From: Gammaproteobacteria bacterium
Lineage (GTDB): Bacteria > Pseudomonadota > Gammaproteobacteria > PS1 > Pseudothioglobaceae
Direction: 5' to 3'
Length of the DNA: 56,321 bases
NCBI GenBank assembly: GCA_016845205.1
Contig: JAERTA010000068.1
Location: 1-56,321 of the forward strand
In this document: in pieces, positions 20,590 through 27,068 of the stretch
How positions within the stretch are numbered: position 1 is the stretch's first letter
How the letters are laid out: every line of letters begins with the position of its first letter
The notes under the pieces: model-generated
Seen by the model: the letters and a program-made list of their open reading frames with translations, nothing else
The model's database searches: none
What the model was told of the DNA's origin: nothing
Position numbers and translations under genes: made by a program

Positions 20590-23004
20590 TTATTTTGTTA
20601 ACGATAAATACAGCTCTGGCAACTTCTCAGGCAATCGCTCAACATTGTCAAGCACCAAAAAGTTTTGAGCGCCAAAAATCCTTGAAACGTACTCATCTGC
20701 ATGTGGATCAAGTGTCAAGCAAAATGTATTAATACCTTCTCTAGCCAACTCTTCAACAGCACGTTTTGTATCAAAACGCAGATATTGAGGGTCATTCTCA
20801 TCATTATCTGCCGGCTCACCATCGGTCAATAAAAATAGAATTTTTTTACTACTACCTCGTTCATTTAGCAATGAGCCCGCATGACGAACTGCTGCACCCA
20901 TCCTGGTCGATAGTTGGCCAGTCATACCTGCTAAATGCGCTTTAGCTTCATCGCCATATTCTTCATCAAAATCTTTGAATCGATAATATTCTACATCATG
21001 TCGTCCATTAGAATCAAAACCATGAATTGCAAATGGGTCGCCAATTTTATCCATAGCATCTGCCATAAGAGCGGCTGCCTCACGTGACAAATCTAGAATG
21101 GTAGGTTGGTTGTTTTCTTCGGACTCATCGTCATTGTTTTTATTTGCATTTGCCACAAGGTCAGATTTAGAAGATGGAAGCGGGTCATTTGTCGACTCCG
21201 ACAAGTCAACCAACAATATAACCGACAGATCTCTAATCTGAAGGGTTGTTCGAATACCTATTCGAGGATCAGGCTGCACACCGCGACGAATATCAATCAT
21301 CGCATTAATTGCCTCATTCAAATCAATTTCATCTCCATCTTCAACTTTTCTTTGTCTGATTAATCCTTGTGGCTGCACGGCCTCAATAAGATGTTTCAAT
21401 CGTCTTACAAGTGGCTTATGACGTTCTAAAATATCTTCAATAATATCTGTATCGCCAGATTTTGGTCGCTTCTCTAACAAAGTTACCCAGCTTGGTCTCT
21501 CTAGTTGAGTTTGGTAGTCCCACTCATGATAATGGACTGGCGAAGAGATAGGCTCTTTGCCCTCCATTTCATTCCATGAAACACCCTCATCTTCATAAGG
21601 AAATAATTCTGTACCGAGAACCCAAATTTCTTGCGCATCATCGCCAGCATTTGGAACTTCGACTTCATTAATCATTTCCATTAAACTGACATATTTACGA
21701 ACTTGTTGTATTTCACCCGGCAATAGCTCATGTCCTTCTTCAACATGATCTGGTGATTGCCACAAACATCGATTGTCATCTCGATAAACATTGCTGTATT
21801 TATCATGGCTTGAATTTAAAACAAGATCCGACTCTAGAATTTTTTGTGCAATATCTAAGCCAATTTCACGAGAGATTTCTGATTCTGATATACGATCTTT
21901 GCAAGCCGTGAATTGTTGACGAGCATCTACAACCAATGGGTGATCGTCTTGATACTCTTCATCTATCAAGGCTCTAGCCATTCTATCTAAAATAGGCTGA
22001 AGTGTATTATCAGGGCTCTTGTCTACTGGAAGCAAATTGATCCATAATTGCTTCATTCCTGGAAATTTTTCAACGGCTAAAAACTCCACACGCGCATCTT
22101 CGATTACGCCAATAATTAATCGCTGTAAATTACTTAACTCTTCTAAAGCATTCTCATCATATGGAGAAAAAACAATATGTGCTGCCGCATGCGCAGAACT
22201 GGCGCGATAAACATCCATACCCAAAACGATTGAATCCTCATCAGCGTCTTCTGATGGTTTATAGTCATCAAAAGCATCTGGCAGATGAATAAAATAATGT
22301 TCAATATACGGACGATAACCTTCACGCGTTTCATAGTCGCCAGAAGTTGGGCGAATAAAAAAATCACGCCCCCATAACGATCTAAGGTACATATTTAGTC
22401 TTCGTTGAATATTAACGAAAAGCACACCACGTTGCTCTTGTTTTAAGATTGCTTTAGCTTGCTCACTTTTTAAACTGAAGTATTCAGCTTGTGCCTCAAA
22501 ATCATCACGGTAAGCAGAGATACCCCAGGCCGTCCAGCGTCTAAGCCCACCCAATGTAAGCTGACCAAGCAAAACGTCTAGACTCTCTAAAAAAGGCCTA
22601 ATTGCTCTTGGTGCTTTTGCAACCAAGTTGTTCAATAAACTCAAGTAAGCCTTGAATAAGTCTATTTCTCCAAGTCTATTTGCCGCAATTGGCGCTGTTG
22701 AAAAAACCAATGCAATAACTTCCGAACTTGTTCTGGAATACATTTTGATTGCGATAGAATGCAAATCAGGCACTGCCTGTTCACCAATCTCTTTTGCAAC
22801 GATAGGCGCACTTTCAATGAATGAAATAACTAATTCGACGCCACGTCCAATTGATTTTAAACCCAGTGCAGCCTCTAAATAAGATTGTAGCCCTCTAGGG
22901 CTAAAGACACGTGTTGCTTCATGCCAGTTTGCTTCTAGAACCTCGCCGGACTGATCGCCCAACTCTTCAAGAAGATCTTCATAATCTGATAACTGAACTG
23001 ACAT
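20590..23004 (-). CDS. cbbO: CbbO, von Willebrand factor A-domain adaptor of the CbbQO Rubisco activase
   Basis: 804 aa. C-terminal vWA domain with a MIDAS-like DLSES motif (LLVDLSESTN) and LFLLTDGEPAD. Paired with cbbQ. Confidence 0.85.
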   Translation of the reverse strand: MSVQLSDYEDLLEELGDQSGEVLEANWHEATRVFSPRGLQSYLEAALGLKSIGRGVELVISFIESAPIVAKEIGEQAVPDLHSIAIKMYSRTSSEVIALVFSTAPIAANRLGEIDLFKAYLSLLNNLVAKAPRAIRPFLESLDVLLGQLTLGGLRRWTAWGISAYRDDFEAQAEYFSLKSEQAKAILKQEQRGVLFVNIQRRLNMYLRSLWGRDFFIRPTSGDYETREGYRPYIEHYFIHLPDAFDDYKPSEDADEDSIVLGMDVYRASSAHAAAHIVFSPYDENALEELSNLQRLIIGVIEDARVEFLAVEKFPGMKQLWINLLPVDKSPDNTLQPILDRMARALIDEEYQDDHPLVVDARQQFTACKDRISESEISREIGLDIAQKILESDLVLNSSHDKYSNVYRDDNRCLWQSPDHVEEGHELLPGEIQQVRKYVSLMEMINEVEVPNAGDDAQEIWVLGTELFPYEDEGVSWNEMEGKEPISSPVHYHEWDYQTQLERPSWVTLLEKRPKSGDTDIIEDILERHKPLVRRLKHLIEAVQPQGLIRQRKVEDGDEIDLNEAINAMIDIRRGVQPDPRIGIRTTLQIRDLSVILLVDLSESTNDPLPSSKSDLVANANKNNDDESEENNQPTILDLSREAAALMADAMDKIGDPFAIHGFDSNGRHDVEYYRFKDFDEEYGDEAKAHLAGMTGQLSTRMGAAVRHAGSLLNERGSSKKILFLLTDGEPADNDENDPQYLRFDTKRAVEELAREGINTFCLTLDPHADEYVSRIFGAQNFLVLDNVERLPEKLPELYLSLTK

Positions 23005-23031
23005 AAAAAAGGATAATATTTAAAAGTTGTT

Positions 23032-23271
23032 TTAATCAGGCCAAATACGTTTTGGATGGCTGATAGAGTTTGTTGCTAACTTCTTGACGACAGGCTTCTT
23101 AGTAACAGTCTTTTTAGTTACTTTTTTCTTAGCTACTGGCTTCTTAGCAGCAACTTTTTTAGCAACTGGTTTTTTAGCTGGACTTTTCTTAGCTATTGGC
23201 TTTTTAACAACGGGCTTATCCTGCTCTGGCTTGTTAATACTCTCAACTAACTTATCTTCTAATTTACTCAT
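23032..23271 (-). CDS. mcdB: Lys-rich 79-aa pentapeptide-repeat protein, copy 1 (McdB-like candidate carboxysome adaptor)
   Basis: Own SD (AAGGAG) upstream of the ATG. Nine consecutive xxxKK pentads and a C-terminal ...HPKRIWPD with a single Trp. Lies downstream of the ParA-like gene within the carboxysome cluster. The function is inferred. Confidence 0.55.
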   Translation of the reverse strand: MSKLEDKLVESINKPEQDKPVVKKPIAKKSPAKKPVAKKVAAKKPVAKKKVTKKTVTKKPVVKKLATNSISHPKRIWPD

Positions 23272-23306
23272 GCGGCACTCCTTAGTTTAATACTTAACAA
23301 AAACAA

Positions 23307-23546
23307 TCAATCAGGCCAAATACGTTTTGGATGGCTGATAGAGTTTGTTGCTAACTTCTTGACGACAGGCTTCTTAGTAACAGTCTTTTTAGTTACTTTT
23401 TTCTTGGCTACTGGCTTCTTAGCAGCAACTTTTTTAGCAACTGGTTTTTTAGCTGGACTTTTCTTAGCTATTGGCTTTTTAACAACAGGCTTATCCTGCT
23501 CTGGCTTGTTAATACTCTCAACTAACTTATCTTCTAATTTACTCAT
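23307..23546 (-). CDS. mcdB: Lys-rich 79-aa pentapeptide-repeat protein, copy 2 (McdB-like), protein identical to copy 1
   Basis: SD-like AAGGGGAG upstream, 14 nt after the ParA-like stop codon. Translation is identical to copy 1. Confidence 0.55.
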   Translation of the reverse strand: MSKLEDKLVESINKPEQDKPVVKKPIAKKSPAKKPVAKKVAAKKPVAKKKVTKKTVTKKPVVKKLATNSISHPKRIWPD

Positions 23547-23560
23547 TTTTCTCCCCTTGT

Positions 23561-24190
23561 TTACTTTTTAAAAACTTCTTTAATTACAGACTCAATATCA
23601 TTAACTGCTGTATCACCCCGTTTTCCAAACTGATAAACACTAATTCCTTCCAGTGCTGCCCAACGATATGACGCACGCCTTCCCAGTGAGCTTTTTAGAG
23701 CCGGCAAGCCACAAAATTCTATGGCTTGTCGCATCGCCTTTGAAAGTGCACTTCTGCTTTCTACTTGATTACGAACAAGATAGGACTTTAGTTTTTTATT
23801 GGTTTTTTGCGCCTCTTTAACAGCATCTACCATATGCACACTACTCCACAAATCTGGCGGCGAAGGCAAAACTGGTATTAACAACAAATCCACTAGATCA
23901 AGCACTTGTTTTGTATGCCCACTTTCTAAACTTGGTGGACAGTCAATCACTATATAGTCAAAATCACTTTCTGCTGATTTAATGGATTTTTTTATGTCTT
24001 CAGAAGCATTCACCACACTTGGCATGCCTTCAACTGAAGCTTTTAACCAGTGCTCTAACGTGCCTTGTGGGTCTGCATCAAGTAACGCTGATTTTCCTCT
24101 GGACATTAACCCTGAAGCTAAATTTAAAGACAGTGTAGACTTACCACATCCTCCTTTAAGGTTAGCAACTGCAATTCTTAACTTAGCCAT
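23561..24190 (-). CDS. mcdA: ParA/MinD-family ATPase, McdA-like (maintenance of carboxysome distribution)
   Basis: 209 aa. Deviant Walker A NLKGGCGKST with the signature Lys, plus LDADPQG and IVIDCPP motifs. No HTH and no parB nearby. Embedded in the carboxysome operon, with an 8-nt overlap with the upstream gene. Confidence 0.75.
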   Translation of the reverse strand: MAKLRIAVANLKGGCGKSTLSLNLASGLMSRGKSALLDADPQGTLEHWLKASVEGMPSVVNASEDIKKSIKSAESDFDYIVIDCPPSLESGHTKQVLDLVDLLLIPVLPSPPDLWSSVHMVDAVKEAQKTNKKLKSYLVRNQVESRSALSKAMRQAIEFCGLPALKSSLGRRASYRWAALEGISVYQFGKRGDTAVNDIESVIKEVFKK

Positions 24191-24506
24191 TTTTCTCCCC
24201 CTCTACGACAGTTATTGAATCCTTACCTAAAGCATCAACTTGTGCTGCAAATGAAAAATCAACGTCAGTAAATTTTTCTTCATCTCTAGATTTAATAGAC
24301 ACGTTAACGTGCACGCGACTAAAAGTCAAATCTGGATAGTAGTCTTCTTTTTCAGACAAGTCTTGAAGCTCATCAAGAAAATCTCTCATGTCGTCATAGC
24401 TACTGTAATCATAACGCTTTGTCATTGTTAACGCACGTTTTTGTACCTTCCACCCAAGGCTGGTAACGTTTGCTATTCCTTTGTCTATTGAGTTGTTATT
24501 GCTCAT
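24183..24506 (-). CDS. Pterin-4a-carbinolamine-dehydratase-like protein (acRAF-type Rubisco assembly factor)
   Basis: 107 aa, PCD-fold-like. The catalytic HHP[DE] motif is replaced by YYPD (EKEDYYPDLTFSRVHVNVSI). This is the typical position in alpha-carboxysome loci. Confidence 0.7.
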   Translation of the reverse strand: MSNNNSIDKGIANVTSLGWKVQKRALTMTKRYDYSSYDDMRDFLDELQDLSEKEDYYPDLTFSRVHVNVSIKSRDEEKFTDVDFSFAAQVDALGKDSITVVEGEKNG

Positions 24507-24510
24507 TTTT

Positions 24511-24939
24511 TTAATTTAATTCAAGCATCCACTTTTCAATGGACTTTAGATGATGTTTCTCTTCTTCCAGTAGTGCGTTAAATAATTCATACCCATGAAT
24601 AAGGCCACTATTTAAACAATATTGGCTTGCGTCACTGTACAGTTCTACAACATCTTTTTCGAGTTGCCAATCTACAATCAATATCTCTTTCAATGTTCTT
24701 GTCTTTGGTATTGATTTTAATTGTGTAGTAGACGCTGTTAAACCCAACTTCAGCATGAAATTAATGAGTCTAGATGCATGGTCAAACTCTTCTTTTGCCT
24801 CTTCTTCAAACTTTGATGCTGCGGATTCTAAACCCCAAATTTTGCATAAATTAGATTGGGTCGTATAATACTGGATAGCTGACATTTCGTGCTCCAGCCC
24901 TCGCCTCAAATACCAACTAAGTTTTGAATTGGCCAACAT
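24511..24939 (-). CDS. Ferritin/bacterioferritin-like four-helix-bundle protein of the carboxysome operon
   Basis: Start moved to the ATG at 24939, 4 nt after the csoS4B stop; the track start would overlap csoS4B by 47 nt. Di-iron ligand pattern is E...ExxH twice (LEHE, EEFDH, LEKD, EEKHH). Confidence 0.7.
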   Translation of the reverse strand: MLANSKLSWYLRRGLEHEMSAIQYYTTQSNLCKIWGLESAASKFEEEAKEEFDHASRLINFMLKLGLTASTTQLKSIPKTRTLKEILIVDWQLEKDVVELYSDASQYCLNSGLIHGYELFNALLEEEKHHLKSIEKWMLELN

Positions 24940-24943
24940 AGAA

Positions 24944-25204
24944 TTATCTCTTTGGCTCTGGCCATTCCCATTGATCAATAATCCCAACAATTGTTAAATC
25001 AGTTGCTGAATCATAGCTTGGCATTGCCCATCTCGCAGCAGATCCACTTGCTGTTACAACCCATTTTCCAATGCCAACACCGACTGGGTCAGAAGCACAC
25101 CACACCTTCCCCTTTAGGTCTTTCATTACTCTTAACGAAATACCTTCTAATTGCTTAACAGACCGAGTGCAAACTAGATCTTCTTGGACTTGCATTATTT
25201 CCAT
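24944..25204 (-). CDS. csoS4B: Carboxysome pentameric vertex protein CsoS4B (EutN/CcmL family)
   Basis: 86 aa. MEIMQV...SAAR...DLTIVGIID pattern of EutN/CcmL. Second of two paralogs after csoSCA. Confidence 0.9.
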   Translation of the reverse strand: MEIMQVQEDLVCTRSVKQLEGISLRVMKDLKGKVWCASDPVGVGIGKWVVTASGSAARWAMPSYDSATDLTIVGIIDQWEWPEPKR

Positions 25205-25212
25205 GTAGACTT

Positions 25213-25473
25213 CTACCCTTTCTGATCTTTATCCCAATAATCGATAATACCGACTATTGTTAAATCACTTGGATAATCCTTGCTTCCGGCAGACTCTCGT
25301 GCTGCCGAACTTCCTACACAAATTACCCAATCACCTGGAATGCAGCCAACAGCATCAACTGCTACTAATGGCGTGCCGTTAGGCTTATCTCGTACAACAA
25401 GCAAAGGTCTTAAACCTAAATTTTTAATACGATTGGTTGAGACAAGAGTCTTTTCTACTTGCATTATTCTCAT
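25213..25473 (-). CDS. csoS4A: Carboxysome pentameric vertex protein CsoS4A (EutN/CcmL family)
   Basis: 86 aa (MRIMQVEKTLVSTNRI...SSAARES...DLTIVGIIDYW). The start overlaps the csoSCA stop (TAATG). Confidence 0.9.
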   Translation of the reverse strand: MRIMQVEKTLVSTNRIKNLGLRPLLVVRDKPNGTPLVAVDAVGCIPGDWVICVGSSAARESAGSKDYPSDLTIVGIIDYWDKDQKG

Positions 25474-27059
25474 TATGCTTCCTCACTTATAATTTCAAGA
25501 CTGCTGCCTAATGGTAGATCTTGAATGCTAATTTGAAAAAATAAATTATTATTTTCACCTAATGTTTTGTATCTATTTAATATCGCATTTTTAACACGAT
25601 AACATTTTTCTATCAACCTTTTCCTTGATCCAGGCACTTTAGAATCATAACGATAATGAATAGCAATAGGTGCTGGCAATCCTTTATTTAGATTTAATCC
25701 TGTAAAAATTTTAATACCAATATCTAAATCTGCCGAACCCTCTTCAACAGTATCTAAATGCGCAAAGTAGGCAATATTTCGCAATTGGATCTCTTGAAAA
25801 CCGTCGCCTACGCTAATATAACGTTCAGCGTGACCAATATCTGGATAGATACCACCGTATAAATCGGCAACATACTCAATCTGAGATAAATTATATTCAA
25901 GCAAGTTGGCAACAACTTTTCTCATGCCTTCATGAGGCCTTCCATCGCCTTGTGCCCAGCCAGATGAATCACTACAAATATCAATAGCGTTATATAATTT
26001 AACTCTTGCCTGATCAATGCTCATTGACAATGTTTCGTTATATAATTGAGATGTATCGACATATCGATGCACACTTATATTGCCAGCTGAATCAGGCACA
26101 TGTACACGAATAGAATCATTATCAGTATCAACACCAATCAATAAAATATCAATTGCAGATCCACAACAATAGGTATTTTCGATTGCTTCACGAAACTCTG
26201 TTAACTTCTCTAAGCCGGCTTCAGCAGATACTTTATCATTACTGCCATGAGCAGCACATCCTTGATGCGAAGGGTCAGAACCACTTCTATGATAGACAAC
26301 AATCTTTAAATAACTATTTCCATCGTCAAGAACTTTACCATTTCTTAACCTGTCTAGCTCAATTTTCTCCCAATCGCGCACATTGGACTCAACATTAAAT
26401 AATGCCCCAGCATAAGAATTACGAACAGTAATTGCCGATAAAGGTAAACGTAAAATATACTTAGCAAGCCCTTTCAAACGACCATCAGAGCAAGGTGTAA
26501 TATCAACACTGTGATAGCCACAGTCCAAAAAGAAACTGCCAGCGTCTACTCTTAAATCTTCATTTCTCCCTAAATCATCTGAGAACTGAGCGACCGAACT
26601 ATTTAACGCATTAAAAACAGCTTTAGCATATAAAGCTTTCATGTCTAAACCATCAACCCAGGCAGTTTCTAACAATTCAGTTGGAAAGTTAAAACCAAGC
26701 TCTTTTGAGGTGATAGAATTTGCCTTAGAAACAAAATCATTCTCATGTTGTAAATTTGCAAGTTTTTTTAAAGTTGGTGTAATCGAATCAAAGCGAACTT
26801 TAATGGATTCCTCACACCTGGCTAAATGAGCATTCTGCCTCATATTTGTCAAAGGATGTCTACACGAGCGTTCTGGCATAGTGTCACACACCGTATTTAA
26901 ATCCATTGGAGTTTTAGCACCAATATCGTAATCTTGTTTAGAGGAATAAGAACTTTTGGCTTGTGGGAGTGCACTTGATTGTGCCATCCCAACTGGTGCT
27001 TTGTTTAAAGGACTAGAAACACGAGAGGCTCTAATCTTGTAAGCATTCCTGGTATTCAT
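25473..27059 (-). CDS. csoSCA: Carboxysome shell carbonic anhydrase CsoSCA (CsoS3)
   Basis: 528 aa. Beta-CA-like zinc/catalytic motifs CSDGR (DITPCSDGRLKG) and HQGC (SHQGCAAHGS). Canonical position after csoS2. Confidence 0.9.
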   Translation of the reverse strand: MNTRNAYKIRASRVSSPLNKAPVGMAQSSALPQAKSSYSSKQDYDIGAKTPMDLNTVCDTMPERSCRHPLTNMRQNAHLARCEESIKVRFDSITPTLKKLANLQHENDFVSKANSITSKELGFNFPTELLETAWVDGLDMKALYAKAVFNALNSSVAQFSDDLGRNEDLRVDAGSFFLDCGYHSVDITPCSDGRLKGLAKYILRLPLSAITVRNSYAGALFNVESNVRDWEKIELDRLRNGKVLDDGNSYLKIVVYHRSGSDPSHQGCAAHGSNDKVSAEAGLEKLTEFREAIENTYCCGSAIDILLIGVDTDNDSIRVHVPDSAGNISVHRYVDTSQLYNETLSMSIDQARVKLYNAIDICSDSSGWAQGDGRPHEGMRKVVANLLEYNLSQIEYVADLYGGIYPDIGHAERYISVGDGFQEIQLRNIAYFAHLDTVEEGSADLDIGIKIFTGLNLNKGLPAPIAIHYRYDSKVPGSRKRLIEKCYRVKNAILNRYKTLGENNNLFFQISIQDLPLGSSLEIISEEA

Positions 27060-27068
27060 GATGCGAAA

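Larger units (their letters stand above)
23032..23546 (-). repeat. Tandem direct duplication with a 275-bp period, covering exactly the two 240-nt ORFs
   Basis: Base-by-base comparison gives only three differences: 23131 A vs 23406 G (Ala47 GCT/GCC), 23212 G vs 23487 A (Pro20 CCG/CCT), and the stop codons TAA vs TGA. The flanks diverge immediately outside the ORFs. Confidence 0.95.

Noticed and set aside
20590-23004. Considered whether the 804-aa protein next to the transporters is DabA (DIC pump subunit) rather than CbbO
   Set aside because: It has a C-terminal vWA/MIDAS-type domain (DLSES, LTDGEPAD) and is paired with a MoxR AAA+ CbbQ. There is no NuoL/Mrp-like DabB partner anywhere in the window.
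23032-23546. Checked whether the only tandem repeat in the window could be a CRISPR-like array or minisatellite
   Set aside because: There are just two 240-nt units, each a complete ORF with its own start and stop. There is no short repeat-spacer periodicity and there are no cas genes.
23084-23571. Plus-strand 68-aa and 70-aa ORFs (MTTGFLVTVFLVTFFLATGFL...) that look like duplicated hydrophobic peptides
   Set aside because: They are the antisense reading of the Lys-rich genes: AAG/AAA Lys codons read backwards give Phe/Leu. They lack ribosome-binding sites. The minus-strand ORFs have SDs, fit the operon polarity, and all inter-copy differences are silent in the minus-strand frame.
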